From: an uncultured Actinomycetota bacterium
GTDB lineage: Bacteria; Actinomycetota; Actinomycetes; S36-B12; UBA10799
NCBI GenBank assembly: GCA_963704075.1
Contig: CAVPGV010000009.1
Coordinates: forward strand, 244,286 to 308,285
DNA length: 64,000 nt
Reading direction: 5' to 3'
Part shown: piece after piece, positions 12,861 to 22,885 of the stretch
Numbering within the stretch: position 1 is the stretch's first letter
Layout: each line of letters opens with the position of its first letter
The notes under the pieces: generated by a model
Databases searched by the model: none
Told to the model about the DNA's origin: nothing
The model's input: the letters and a program-made list of their open reading frames with translations, nothing else
Program-made: the position numbers and the translations under genes

Positions 12861-13298
12861 CGCTATCGACTCCTTCCGGTCGGCTCAATCCTAGGGTGCG
12901 GTGTCGTGATGCTGCCCGGCGACTCCGGCCCGATACTCGGTCTGCACCGGAAGGCGGGTTGTGCGCCGAACTGCGGCGCCTGCCGCGGGGCGCTTCGGAC
13001 GGCTGTGACGCCGCCGGTGAGGTGGTCCATCCGCTCTCCTCGATGCAAAGGATCTCCGCTGCCTACCCCCCGATCGAGTCTAGGTGCCGGTGGTGGGGCT
13101 GTCGTGCGGGTGGGAACCGGGGTCGGCACGTCGGGGGCGCCGGTTGGATCGGCCCGATTCCACAACGGGGAGTCCAAAGGCGCCCCGTTCGACTCCCGAC
13201 TTCCCGTTCCACTCCCCGATCGCCGAACGGCCCAGGTCAGCGGGAGGCCGAAGCCGCGCAGGCGTCGGCGCTCAGACGCCGGTCACCAAGAATCCGAA

Positions 13299-13988
13299 CT
13301 ACGCTGCTGGCGACTCAGTCATCGCCGGCTCGGTCACCGAGAACGAGCTGACCATCTGGTCGAACGTCGGCGCCAACTCCTCCCAGCGATCGGTCGCCGC
13401 CTGGGTCAGCAGCTGGTATTCGATCATCCCGTCGAACAGGAAGTACAGCTTCGAGGTGATGGGTGTGCCTTCGACGTCGAAGGTGGCGTCGGCCTCAAAA
13501 CCGTTCAGCCCGCTCACCGTGACCGGCGCGAGTTCGGAGATCTGCATGTTCTCCGAGGACTGCTCCAACTGCGGGATCACACTCTGCTCGAGCTCGGCCT
13601 GGACCGCGTCGAGGTTCTCCTCGGTGATCTCGGTGTTGAGCTCGTAGACATTCACCAGAAAGGCGTCGCGATACTGCCCGCCGACCTGCGTGCCTTCGGT
13701 GTCGAACACCGCCACCGAGTCAGCGCTGCTGGCGCCGCTCTCAGCCTCGAAGGAGGTGTCGTCCTTCTGCTCGAACGGTGGCGCGTACTGGAAACTGAAG
13801 CCGTACGTGTCGCTGGTGTACGTCTGCACATCCGACGGTGTGGTCTGCTCGACGGTCGGGCTCTGCTCGACGGTCGGGCTCTGCGAGGAATCGCCACCCC
13901 CGACGTTCACTTCGGCCGAACACCCGGCCAAACCCACGGTCAGGGCGGCCGCTGCCAACACTGCTGAGAATCGTGCTGAGATACGCAT
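13299..13988 (-). CDS. Secreted lipoprotein of unknown function
   Basis: Start MRISARFSAVLAAAALTVGLAGCS at 13988 gives a signal peptide plus the LAGC lipobox. The mature part is acidic and Ser/Thr-rich. The longer track ORF to 14273 runs antisense into menG. Confidence 0.7.
   Translation of the reverse strand: MRISARFSAVLAAAALTVGLAGCSAEVNVGGGDSSQSPTVEQSPTVEQTTPSDVQTYTSDTYGFSFQYAPPFEQKDDTSFEAESGASSADSVAVFDTEGTQVGGQYRDAFLVNVYELNTEITEENLDAVQAELEQSVIPQLEQSSENMQISELAPVTVSGLNGFEADATFDVEGTPITSKLYFLFDGMIEYQLLTQAATDRWEELAPTFDQMVSSFSVTEPAMTESPAA
13845..13884. repeat. Tandem 18-bp duplication inside the lipoprotein gene
   Basis: CTGCTCGACGGTCGGGCT occurs at 13845-13862 and 13863-13880, followed by a partial third copy. 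It encodes SPTVEQ-SPTVEQ in the linker just after the lipobox. Confidence 0.8.
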
Positions 13989-14023
13989 GGGGTATTCCAA
14001 TCGATACGCCGACAGGTCGCCGC

Positions 14024-14713
14024 TCAGGCTACTCCCCTGTGCAGCGCGACGATACCCCCAGAAATGTTCCGCCAGGCGACGTCCTCCCATCCGGTATCCA
14101 GCAACAGTTCCGCCAGACCTTGTTGATCGGGCCACGCCGCAATCGATTCGGCGAGGTACTCGTAGGCCTCGGAGTTGGTGGCAACCCTGTTGGCGATCTG
14201 CGGCAGGGCCTTCATCAGGTACTCCTGGTAGATCGTCCGGAACGGCGGCCAGACCGGCGTCGAGAACTCGCATACCACCAGGCGGCCACCGGGGCGGGTG
14301 ACACGCCGCATCTCGCGCAGGCCCTGGGCGGGGTCGTGAATGTTGCGCAGGCCGAAGGAGATCGTGACGGCATCGAACGACGCATCGGCGAACGGCAGCG
14401 CCATCGCGTCACCGGCCACGAACGGCAGGTGCGGTAGGCGTTTGCGGCCGACCCGGAGCATTCCCAGTGAGAAGTCACACGCAACCACCTGCGCCCCGAC
14501 GCGTACGAACGACTCACTGCTGGTCCCGGTCCCCGCCGCGAGGTCCAGAACCCGCTGGCCGGGCTGAGGATCGACCGCTGCGGTGACCAGCCGCCGCCAC
14601 TTGCGCGTCTGCCCCACCGCGAGGACGTCGTTGGTCAGGTCGTAGCGGCCCGCCACCCGGTCGAACATCGAGGCCACTGCCGATGGCTGTTTGTCGAGGT
14701 CGGCTCTGCTCAC
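14024..14713 (-). CDS. menG: Demethylmenaquinone methyltransferase (UbiE/MenG family)
   Basis: 229 aa with a SAM-binding motif (VLDLAAGTG) and a UbiE-like N-terminus ([26 protein letters not shown]). Confidence 0.9.
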   Translation of the reverse strand: MSRADLDKQPSAVASMFDRVAGRYDLTNDVLAVGQTRKWRRLVTAAVDPQPGQRVLDLAAGTGTSSESFVRVGAQVVACDFSLGMLRVGRKRLPHLPFVAGDAMALPFADASFDAVTISFGLRNIHDPAQGLREMRRVTRPGGRLVVCEFSTPVWPPFRTIYQEYLMKALPQIANRVATNSEAYEYLAESIAAWPDQQGLAELLLDTGWEDVAWRNISGGIVALHRGVA

Positions 14714-14809
14714 CGGCTCAGTCTCTCACCAGCCTGCTGCTGCGGCACGGGGCCGGGCGCCGCCGACCTTGCCTTCGCGCGCGCGGCCACCCGGCCATAA
14801 TCTGGAAGG

Positions 14810-16009
14810 GTGACCCAGCCCGTTCAGGTGCGCACCCGGCTCGTGGATCCCAGCGATCTACTGTCGATGATCCCTGCGCACGCCCAGCCCCTGAGCTGGG
14901 TCCACGATGGGGACGGGCTCGTGGCCTGGAACGTCGCCGCGACCACGACGGTGCGCGGCCCTGAGCGCTTCGCGAGGGCGCAACGGTGGTGGGCACGGTT
15001 GTGCGAGTCCGCGGTCATCGACGACGAGGTCATGGCACCGGGCACCGGCCCGATCGCGTTCGCTTCGTTCTCCTTCGACGCCGACGACGAATCGGTGGTA
15101 ACCGTGCCGGGAACCATCGTCGGTCAGCGCGACGGCAAGGCCTGGATCACCACGATCACCCCCAACCGGCCGGCCCCGCTGCCGCCGGCCGGGGCGGGAC
15201 CGCTGTGCGAACCGGAGCAGGACGGCAGTCACTACCGCCGGCTCGTGGCCGACGCGGTGGACGCGATCTCGGCGGGGGTCTTCGACAAGGTGGTCCTGGC
15301 CAGAGCGGTGCGGATGAGCGGCAACATCGACGTCCACCGAACCCTGCACAAACTCTCAGAGCGGTATGCCGACTGCTGGACGTTCAGCGTCCACGGCTTG
15401 ATCGGCGCCACCCCCGAACTGCTCGTGCGCCGCACGGGAGAGCAGGTCACCTCCCGGGTTCTGGCAGGGACGGTGGCTCGCAGTCAGGACGATCTCGAGA
15501 GCGGACAACTCGCCGAGGACATGGTGACGTCGCAGAAGGCCCGCGAGGAGCACGCGTACGCGGTCATGTCCGTGGCCCAGGCCCTCGGCACGCACTGCAC
15601 CGATCTGATCGTCCCGGAGGAACCCAGCGTTCTGCGCCTGGCCAACGTGCAGCACCTGGCCACGGACATCCACGCGATGCTGGTGGACGAGACCTCTGTC
15701 GTCGCCATCGCGGCGGCACTGCATCCCACCGCTGCTGTCTGCGGCACCCCGACCGAGCGGGCCCTGCAGTACATCCTCAACCGCGAGCAGTTGCGCAGGC
15801 AGCGGTACGCCGGGCCGGTGGGCTGGTTCGACGCCAACGGCGACGGCGAGTTCGGGATCGCGCTGCGGTGCGGACAGTTGACCCCGGACAACCGGTCCAT
15901 CGACCTGTACGCCGGCTGCGGGATCGTGGCTGGATCCGACCCCGACTCCGAATACGCCGAGTCCGAGTCCAAACTGGCTGCGATGCGGTGGGCGTTGTCC
16001 AGCGGGTAG
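14810..16009 (+). CDS. menF: Isochorismate synthase
   Basis: 399 aa with chorismate-binding C-terminal motifs (HPTAAVCGTP, YAGPVGWFDANGDGEFGIALR, GCGIVAGSDPDSE). It is divergent from menG. Confidence 0.9.
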   Translation: MTQPVQVRTRLVDPSDLLSMIPAHAQPLSWVHDGDGLVAWNVAATTTVRGPERFARAQRWWARLCESAVIDDEVMAPGTGPIAFASFSFDADDESVVTVPGTIVGQRDGKAWITTITPNRPAPLPPAGAGPLCEPEQDGSHYRRLVADAVDAISAGVFDKVVLARAVRMSGNIDVHRTLHKLSERYADCWTFSVHGLIGATPELLVRRTGEQVTSRVLAGTVARSQDDLESGQLAEDMVTSQKAREEHAYAVMSVAQALGTHCTDLIVPEEPSVLRLANVQHLATDIHAMLVDETSVVAIAAALHPTAAVCGTPTERALQYILNREQLRRQRYAGPVGWFDANGDGEFGIALRCGQLTPDNRSIDLYAGCGIVAGSDPDSEYAESESKLAAMRWALSSG

Positions 16010-16278
16010 CCGTTCTGGTCGCGGGGGCGTCTGCAAAGCGGCGCCGCTGCAAACCGGGCCGGCAGATTCTTCCGATCAGGTCGGGTGCTCATCACATGGG
16101 GGCCGGAATGGGTGAGGTCCAGCCGATTTGGCCCAGATGTAATGGGCCGGGTTAGGACAAAGCGGATGAATCGGTCGGGGAAACCCGTTGAAACGGGCCG
16201 CGGTATGGGTCGGCCGCCCTCATTTAATGGGCGGTCGTGACCGTGAGCCCCTACGTCGCTAGACCACGTGATCCTGAC

Positions 16279-16941
16279 CTACGCCATGGAGAGCCAGGTG
16301 CCTCGGACCGCCGCGACCCGCTGACCACCCGCGGTGAACAGGGCGGCGGCGCTGATCCGGCGGCGGCCCACGGACTCCAACTGTCCGGCGACGACGACGT
16401 ACGGGTCAGCGGGATCCAGCGGCGCGTCGGTGAGAAGGCCCCCCGTCAGGCGACCAGTCACCAGTGCGGTCACCTGCAACGGCCAGGCCCAGCCGGTGGC
16501 GCAGTCCAGAGCCGACCAGACCCATTCCTTCGCGACCCGCCCCCGCGGCGTCCAGACGCAGGCGACCAGCCCGTCGGCCACCGGACCCGGACCGATGCCC
16601 AGACCGTCGTGGCGCAAGCGGCCGCAACTGAAGCACGTTTCGTACGGATTCTCCACCGCGCCCGGGTAGGAGCGACCGGCGATGCGGGCGCGCTCGATGT
16701 CGACGAACGGGATCGGATCGGGTGCGACGTCCACCGCCGACGCCTCGGCGATCAGCGTCTGGTCGTCCCAGAACTCCATGTGCCGACCATCGCCGACCTC
16801 CCGCATGTCCGTTTCCAGCGGTGCCGCGGCACGCAACCAGACATCGGCGCCCGGACCGTCCAGCCGCACGGCAAGTGAGCCGGCCACGTAGCCTCCCTGG
16901 CCGGAGTCCGGCGGGCCGTTGAGGTGCCTGGCGATCCTCAT
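16279..16941 (-). CDS. Hotdog-fold thioesterase-like protein, translationally coupled to menD
   Basis: 220-aa ORF whose ATG (16939-16941) overlaps the menD stop (16938-16940) as ATGA. The C-terminal half has a CFSCG...GLGI motif of the kind seen in PaaI-type hotdog thioesterases. The family call is by motif only. Confidence 0.6.
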   Translation of the reverse strand: MRIARHLNGPPDSGQGGYVAGSLAVRLDGPGADVWLRAAAPLETDMREVGDGRHMEFWDDQTLIAEASAVDVAPDPIPFVDIERARIAGRSYPGAVENPYETCFSCGRLRHDGLGIGPGPVADGLVACVWTPRGRVAKEWVWSALDCATGWAWPLQVTALVTGRLTGGLLTDAPLDPADPYVVVAGQLESVGRRRISAAALFTAGGQRVAAVRGTWLSMA

Positions 16942-18704
16942 GCGAGAGCTTCCCTGATCTGTGTGTGCAGTTCGGCCTCCGCCTGCCGGGAGACGGGTCC
17001 CACCACGACGGCGCTGATTCCGGGGGTCTCCCGCGCCTGGCGCAATGCCCCCTCGAAGTCCGGGCCTTCGTGCACCGTGACGCCGCTGGCATGCAGAAGC
17101 GTGCGGATATCGACGCCCACCGGCGTGCCGAAGACCCGCTCGTAGACGTCGGAGTACGCGGGGTCGGCTTGTTCCAGAGAACCGAAGATCCCGCCGCCCC
17201 CGTTGTCGACGACCAGCAGGCAGAGGTCCGGCCGTGGCTCCTCGGGACCGATGATCAGCCCGTTCTGATCGTGCAACAGGGCGAGGTCACCCAGCATGAC
17301 GAAGGCCTTGCCGCCCCCCTCACTCTGATGGGCCAGGGCCGCGCCCACGGCGGTGGACACGATGCCGTCGATCCCGTTCACTCCGCGATTCGCCAGCACG
17401 CGGGGGGCATCGGGCCGGGCATCGGCCACCAGTTCGAGGTCCCGGATGGAGCGCGAGGATGCCACGAACAGAAGGTCGTCGGATTCTGCGACCTTCCACA
17501 GGGCCCGGGCGGCGTGCAGGCCGGTCGGCTGCGGTGCCGAATCCAGGATCTTCTCGATGGCACGCTTGGCCCCGGCGTCGGCCATGAGCCAGCTGTCGAG
17601 CCACTCGCTGGACTCCGGAACTTGCGTGTCGGCCGGAGGCCCCGGGACCGATCCCAGCACGCAGATGGCCGTGCGCGTGGGGTCCGGCCAGTCGGTCGTC
17701 CGCTGCGGCTCGGCGTGAATGTGGATGTCTGCAGCAGTAATCAGGGCCATGAGGCCGCGACTGAGCCCGACCTTGCCCACCGTGACGACTAGTTCCGGGC
17801 GGTGTGCCGCACAGAACCGTTCGCTGCCTGTTAGCGCGCTCGCATGCGCCACAGCCACCAGCCCGGCTCGGGCCTGACCGCTGGGTTCGCTGTGCAGCGG
17901 CCAGCCGCACGACTCGGCGAGTTCGACTGCTGCGGCCGCGTCCTCGGGGTCGTCGATGTCACCGACGATCACCAGACCGCGCTCCGGCAGTTCACCGGCG
18001 GCGAGATCGTCGAGCACTTCGTCGATGGGTTCCTGCACGCTGAGCATCAGCCGCCGGTCCACCGTCCACGTCCGGATGACCTGGACCTCGTCGCCCTCCT
18101 CATCCACGAAACCGATGCCGTCGTGGCCCTCGAGCGGTTCGACCCACGTGTCGTCCTCGTCGGGGACGAGCGGTTCGCGCAGGCCGACGTTGACATGCAC
18201 CGGTCCGCGCTGGAACGGATGACTGGCGATCGCGCACGCCCGGGAGATGGTGCTGCGCCAGTACCGCACCTGGCCGCGAGCGCGGGTGGGCGCCTCCACA
18301 TCGGCCGACCAGCGCACGAGCCCGTCGAAGATCCGGACCTGGTCGATCGTCTGGTTGGCGCCCGTCTGGCGCAGTTCGGCCGGCCGGTCGGCGGTCAGGA
18401 CGATCAGCGGCAGGGCACTGAACCAGGCCTCCTCGACCGCGGGCAGCAGGTTCGCCACGGCAGTGCCCGAAGTGGTGATCACCGGCACGGGAGCTCCCCC
18501 GCCCTTGGCCAGGCCCAGAGCCAGGAAGCCGGCACTGCGCTCGTCGATGCGCACGTGCAGGCGGAGTTCACCACGGTCGTGTGCACGGGCCGCCTCGATG
18601 GCCAGCGGGGCACTGCGCGAGCCGGGTGCGAGCACCACGTCGTTGATCCCGGAACGCACCAACTCGTCGAGGATCACCTGCGCGGCGGCGGTGGACGGAT
18701 TCAC
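16938..18704 (-). CDS. menD: SEPHCHC synthase (2-succinyl-5-enolpyruvyl-6-hydroxy-3-cyclohexene-1-carboxylate synthase)
   Basis: GTG start at 18704 (VNPSTAAAQVILDELVRSGI...) followed by 588 codons. ThDP-binding motif GDLALLHDQNGL is present. The upstream 131 codons of the track ORF are read-through. Confidence 0.9.
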   Translation of the reverse strand: MNPSTAAAQVILDELVRSGINDVVLAPGSRSAPLAIEAARAHDRGELRLHVRIDERSAGFLALGLAKGGGAPVPVITTSGTAVANLLPAVEEAWFSALPLIVLTADRPAELRQTGANQTIDQVRIFDGLVRWSADVEAPTRARGQVRYWRSTISRACAIASHPFQRGPVHVNVGLREPLVPDEDDTWVEPLEGHDGIGFVDEEGDEVQVIRTWTVDRRLMLSVQEPIDEVLDDLAAGELPERGLVIVGDIDDPEDAAAAVELAESCGWPLHSEPSGQARAGLVAVAHASALTGSERFCAAHRPELVVTVGKVGLSRGLMALITAADIHIHAEPQRTTDWPDPTRTAICVLGSVPGPPADTQVPESSEWLDSWLMADAGAKRAIEKILDSAPQPTGLHAARALWKVAESDDLLFVASSRSIRDLELVADARPDAPRVLANRGVNGIDGIVSTAVGAALAHQSEGGGKAFVMLGDLALLHDQNGLIIGPEEPRPDLCLLVVDNGGGGIFGSLEQADPAYSDVYERVFGTPVGVDIRTLLHASGVTVHEGPDFEGALRQARETPGISAVVVGPVSRQAEAELHTQIREALA

Positions 18705-18846
18705 GCAGACCACTGTGCCACGCGAATGCCGCTCACCGGTCGCGGGCGAAGCCCGCTGGTCGCCGCGGGTGCATGTCGGTTCGAAAGATCCATCCGCAAC
18801 CACCCACGCCCGACCGTCCGCATGGGGCGCCGAACCTCGGTCCCGG

Positions 18847-19765
18847 CTACGAACGTGCCAGCACGTCGGCGGCCGCTGCGATCCGGCGCTGCCAGTAGCC
18901 CAGATCCTCACCCGTCTCGACCAGGTCCGGGGTCGGGTAGCCCACCCACCCCACCTCGCCGGCAACCGGCAGTAGCGGCTCGGTGGTGTCGCGCACGTAC
19001 AACGAACCGGTGCCCAGACCGCATGCGAGCGGCGGCTCCGGCAGACAGCATGCCGCGGCGACTCCGGCGGCCAGTCCGAGGGACGTGTCCAGGGCACTGG
19101 AGATCACCACGGGAAGGCCCACCCGTCTGGCCACCTGCAGGGTCCGCCGGACCCCGCCGAGCGGCGCGACCTTCAGCACCGCCACATCGGCAGCAAACGC
19201 GACGTCGTCGAAACGGCGGTCGATGCGGATCAGTTCGTCTGCAGCCAGCGGAACATCGATGCGTGCCCGCAGCGCCACCATGTCCTCGAAACTGCGAACC
19301 GGCTGCTCGGCGTACTCGAGGTCGAACGACGACAGCTCCTCGAGCTCCTCGACCGCCTGCTCCAGCGACCATGCACCATTGACGTCCACTCTCAGCGCAG
19401 CATCCGGCATCGCGTCACGGACCGCGGCGACCCGGTCGCGCCCAAGCACGATCGCCGACCTTGATCTTGATCGTCGTGCACCCCGAAGCCAGGGCCATCC
19501 CAGCGGCGACCACGGGTTCCACGGCCGGGACGATCGCGTTGACCGCCACCCGGCGCCGAACCGGTTGTGGCCACAAACCGTCGGCCTGCTCGATCGCACT
19601 GGCGAGCCATCGCGCGTCGGCGTCGACGCCATAGTCGGAGAACGGCGCGAACTCCCCCCACCCGTGCGACCCCGAGATCAGACATCCCCTGCGCTCGGTC
19701 AGGCCCCGGAACTCGGTGGCCAGGTCCAGCCGGAACGGCAACAATCGGCGGTCGCCGAGGTTCAC
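18847..19765 (-). pseudogene. menC: o-Succinylbenzoate synthase, one frame break as assembled
   Basis: The N-terminal part ([15 protein letters not shown]...TTIKIKVGD) is in the frame of ORF 19415..20782. The C-terminal part (...LGRDRVAAVRDAMPDAALRVDVNGAW...) is in ORF 18847..19632. The junction is at about 19447-19460. The GTG start forms a GTGA overlap with the menB stop. The span is 919 nt, which is 3n+1. Confidence 0.85.
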
Positions 19766-20682
19766 GGGCGTTTCGGGAACTTGTCGAACTCCGGACGACG
19801 GCGTTCGGTGTAGGCGTTGCGGCCCTCTTGGGCCTCCTCGGTCATGTAGAACAGCAGCGTCGCGTCGCCGGCCAGTTGCTGGACGCCTGCCAGACCGTCG
19901 TCGGCGGCGTTGTGCGAAGCCTTCAGCATCCGCAGCGCCAGCGGGGACAACTCGAGCATCTCCCGGGCCCACGCGACGGTTTCCTTCTCGAGGTCGACCA
20001 GCGGGACGACGGCGTTGACCAGGCCCCAGTCGTACGCCTGCTCCGCACCGTACTGCCGGCACAGGAACCAGATCTCCCGGGAGCGCTTCTGACCGATCTG
20101 CCGGGCCAGCAGTCCGGACCCGTAGCCGCCGTCGAAGGATCCGACCTTGGGCCCGGTCTGCCCGAAGCGGGCATTGTCCGCCGCCACCGTCAGGTCGCAG
20201 ACGATGTGCAGGACGTGCCCGCCGCCGATGGCGTACCCGGCGACCATCGCGATGACCGGCTTCGGCAGTCGCCGGATCTGAATCTGCAGATCCAGCACGT
20301 TCAACCGCCCGATGCCCTTGGCCGCGACCTCGTCGTCGCCGATGTAGCCGTCGTTGCCGCGGATCTGCTGGTCGCCTCCTGAGCAGAACGCCCAGTCCCC
20401 GGCACCGGTCAGGATGATCACACCGACGGTGTCGTCGTCGCGGGCCATCGTGAAGGCACGTTCGAGTTCGAACAGGGTCTGCGGGCGGAACGCATTGCGC
20501 TTGTGGGGACGGTTGATGGTGATCTTGGCGATTCCGTCGGCGGTCTCGTAGCGGATGTCGCCGAAGTCGCCCTGCGGCTTCCAGTCGGCCGCGGGTTCGA
20601 TGCTGGAGTGCGAGGGATCGGTGTACGCCGGGCTGTCCTCGGCGACGACCGGCGGCAGGGGGTAGCGGGTGCGACTGTCCAT
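19762..20682 (-). CDS. menB: 1,4-dihydroxy-2-naphthoyl-CoA synthase
   Basis: 306-aa crotonase-fold ORF with motifs [17 protein letters not shown] and [11 protein letters not shown]. Confidence 0.95.
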   Translation of the reverse strand: MDSRTRYPLPPVVAEDSPAYTDPSHSSIEPAADWKPQGDFGDIRYETADGIAKITINRPHKRNAFRPQTLFELERAFTMARDDDTVGVIILTGAGDWAFCSGGDQQIRGNDGYIGDDEVAAKGIGRLNVLDLQIQIRRLPKPVIAMVAGYAIGGGHVLHIVCDLTVAADNARFGQTGPKVGSFDGGYGSGLLARQIGQKRSREIWFLCRQYGAEQAYDWGLVNAVVPLVDLEKETVAWAREMLELSPLALRMLKASHNAADDGLAGVQQLAGDATLLFYMTEEAQEGRNAYTERRRPEFDKFPKRP

Positions 20683-20748
20683 GCGTCAAGGCTAGATGAA
20701 AGCGAGCAAACCGGCGCCCGGGACGGGGTACGGCGCACAATAGGTCGG

Positions 20749-21720
20749 GTGATCGAGTTGCCGGGGAACCTCCCGCCCGCACAGATGGCGCGCATGGTGT
20801 ATCGCCTGCTCGACGAACGGACGCAGTTCGCAGCTCCCGGCGCCCCGACCAGCGATGACGCCGACATCGTGCTGCGCACGTCCGGCAGCATCGACACCGC
20901 CAAGTCGGTGGCCCACAAGTACGCGGCGGTCGACTGGGCGGTGGCCACCTCTCGCAGTGTGTTGTCGGCGCATGACTGGCGGTGGTTGCTGCTGCTGTCG
21001 CCGGTCTCGGCTGGGGGCTTCATGACCCTTGCGCGGTCCGATCGCGAACCGCTGATCTGGCCCGGTCTCGGCGGGCGTTTCGACGCTCGCGCGGTGACCG
21101 ACTGGTACTCCGGCGGCGCGGATGCGACGGCCCTGGTCAGCACGCAGGTGGCCAGGATGCTCGATCTCCCGCAAGGCGTCGAGATGTTGCAGCGGATGAA
21201 GGTGGTGCTGGTGGGTGGCGGACCGTTCCCGCCCGCACTGCGGGACAGGTGCCGCGACGTCGGAGTCCGGGCCGTCGCGACGTACGGCTCGACGGAGACC
21301 TTGGGCGGCTGCGTGTACGACGGAGTGCCCTGGCCCGGCATCGAGGTGGAGATCCGCGAGGACCAGATCCATCTGGATGGGCCCAACCTGTCGGCGTCGT
21401 ACGTGCCGGGACCGTTGATTCCCCGGCCATGGCCCACCGGGGATCTGGGTCGGTGGACCGACGGCCGGCTCGAGGTCGTGGGCCGGGTCGACGACCTCGT
21501 TCCGGTCAAGGGCGTGAACCGGCATCTGCGGGAGTTCGAACGGGAGGCCCTGCGCCGCCCCGGGGTCCTCGAAGCGGTGGCCGTGGCGGTTCCCGACGAG
21601 GTCGACGGATACCGTGTGGTGGTCTTCGTCGAGGATGCCGAACAGCGGCTGCCCCGACTGGAAACCGGCAAGCCGGACCGCCGAGAGCTACTCAGGAGGG
21701 CACGTGGCCAGCGTCGCTGA
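20749..21720 (+). CDS. menE: o-Succinylbenzoate-CoA ligase, unusually short form
   Basis: GTG at 20749 (VIELPGN...) followed by 323 codons. Adenylate-forming core motifs are present (YGSTETLGG, TGDLGRW...GRVDDLV, GKPDRREL). The first AMP-binding motif is degenerate (TSGSIDTAK). The gene sits only 66 nt from the divergent menB start. Confidence 0.75.
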   Translation: MIELPGNLPPAQMARMVYRLLDERTQFAAPGAPTSDDADIVLRTSGSIDTAKSVAHKYAAVDWAVATSRSVLSAHDWRWLLLLSPVSAGGFMTLARSDREPLIWPGLGGRFDARAVTDWYSGGADATALVSTQVARMLDLPQGVEMLQRMKVVLVGGGPFPPALRDRCRDVGVRAVATYGSTETLGGCVYDGVPWPGIEVEIREDQIHLDGPNLSASYVPGPLIPRPWPTGDLGRWTDGRLEVVGRVDDLVPVKGVNRHLREFEREALRRPGVLEAVAVAVPDEVDGYRVVVFVEDAEQRLPRLETGKPDRRELLRRARGQRR

Positions 21721-22591
21721 GTGGATCGAGGGCGCCCGACCGCGCACGCTGCCTGCGGCGATCGCCCCGGTCGCCGCAGGTCTGGGCGTGACCGGTTACA
21801 CCGGGACGAGCCTTTCCGCGATGCAGGTGACTGTCGCCGCGGTCTCGCACTGCTGGTGGCTCTTGCCCTGCAGGTCGGGGTCAACTACTTCAACGACTAC
21901 AGCGACGGGGTCCGTGGCACCGACAGCGTCCGCGTCGGCCCGGTCCGCTTGGTCGGCCAGGGACTGGCCCCTGCCTCCCAGGTCAAGCGACGCAGCTCTC
22001 CTGAGCCTGGGGATCGCGGCCGTTCTGGGCAGTGCGCTGGTGCTGGTCAGCCGGCAGTGGATCCTGCTCCCGGTCGGAGTGGCGGCGGTCCTGGCGGCGT
22101 ACGGCTACACCGGCGGCAAACACCCCTACGGGTACCTCGGTCTCGGAGACGTGTTCGTCTTCGTCTTCTTCGGACCAGTCGCGGTATGCGGAACCACGCT
22201 GGTGACCGGCGGTGGTCTGTGGCCGGTGGCCGTGCTGACGTCGATCGCCATCGGCATCTTGACCGTCAACATCCTGGTGGCGAACAACCTGCGCGACCGG
22301 GCTTTGGACGAGCAGGCCGGCAAGCGGACATTGTCGGTCCGCCTTGGCGACGAGCGCACCCGGCGCCTGTTCGCGGTGAGCAACATGGTGGCCTTCGTCA
22401 TCGTCGCGTGGCTCGCGATTCTGGCCACTCCCTGGGCACTGCTCGGGATGACCGGCGCGATCCCCGCGGTCAGGGCCTCACAGGACGTCCTCGAGCACGC
22501 CTACGGCAAGGGCCTGATCCCGGTGCTGCAGATGACGTCCCTGGCGCTACTGCTGACCGGACTTGGGCTCGGAGTGGGACTCACCCTCTAG
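21704..22591 (+). pseudogene. menA: 1,4-dihydroxy-2-naphthoate polyprenyltransferase, two compensating frame shifts as assembled
   Basis: GTG at 21704 follows [29 protein letters not shown]... is in frame 1. The conserved [27 protein letters not shown] block is in the frame of ORF 21721..22623. Frame 1 resumes from about 21990 ([12 protein letters not shown]...). The shifts are near 21838 and 21990. The span of 888 nt is a multiple of 3. Confidence 0.85.
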
Positions 22592-22885
22592 CTCCGCGGT
22601 GTCATCGTCGCGATCGTCGGTGACGTCGACCTCTTGCAGATCATCCTCGGAGGCCGCAGCGGCGTCGATGCGCTCGTTGACCCTGCCGATGGCCCTACCC
22701 ACACCGGCACTCATCTGGGCACGCGGCCGGTCCAGCCACACCAGGCTCAGCGCGCCGCTGACGAGGAAGGACAGCAGGATCAGCAGAAGTCCCCTGGCAC
22801 CGGTCAGATAGAGCAGCCCGCCGACGGCCAGCAGCAGGATGATACGCAGGCCCGTATAGATCACGAAGGCACGACCGGTACTCAC
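22547..22885 (-). CDS. Small 2-TM membrane protein with acidic tail (DUF4229-like)
   Basis: 112-aa ORF with two hydrophobic helices followed by an Asp/Glu-rich C-terminus. Its 3' end overlaps the menA 3' end by 45 nt in convergent orientation. Confidence 0.6.
   Translation of the reverse strand: MSTGRAFVIYTGLRIILLLAVGGLLYLTGARGLLLILLSFLVSGALSLVWLDRPRAQMSAGVGRAIGRVNERIDAAAASEDDLQEVDVTDDRDDDTAELEGESHSEPKSGQQ

Noticed and set aside
12861-13298. The ~440-nt nuoA upstream region, searched for a Rex operator, riboswitch-like elements and a small ORF (12863..13177).
   Set aside because: Only weak half-site resemblance was found (TTGTGGAAT..., TTGTGCGCC...), with no matching second half. The ORF is Pro/Arg/Gly-rich with no start context. 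The hairpin AACGGGG-N12-CCCCGTT (13163-13189) is probably just the terminator of the upstream lipoprotein gene.
22547-22591. The 45-nt convergent overlap of the menA and DUF4229-like 3' ends.
   Set aside because: It could be genuine, or an artefact of a nearby indel extending one ORF. Nothing in the sequence lets me decide, and on its own it has no functional implication.
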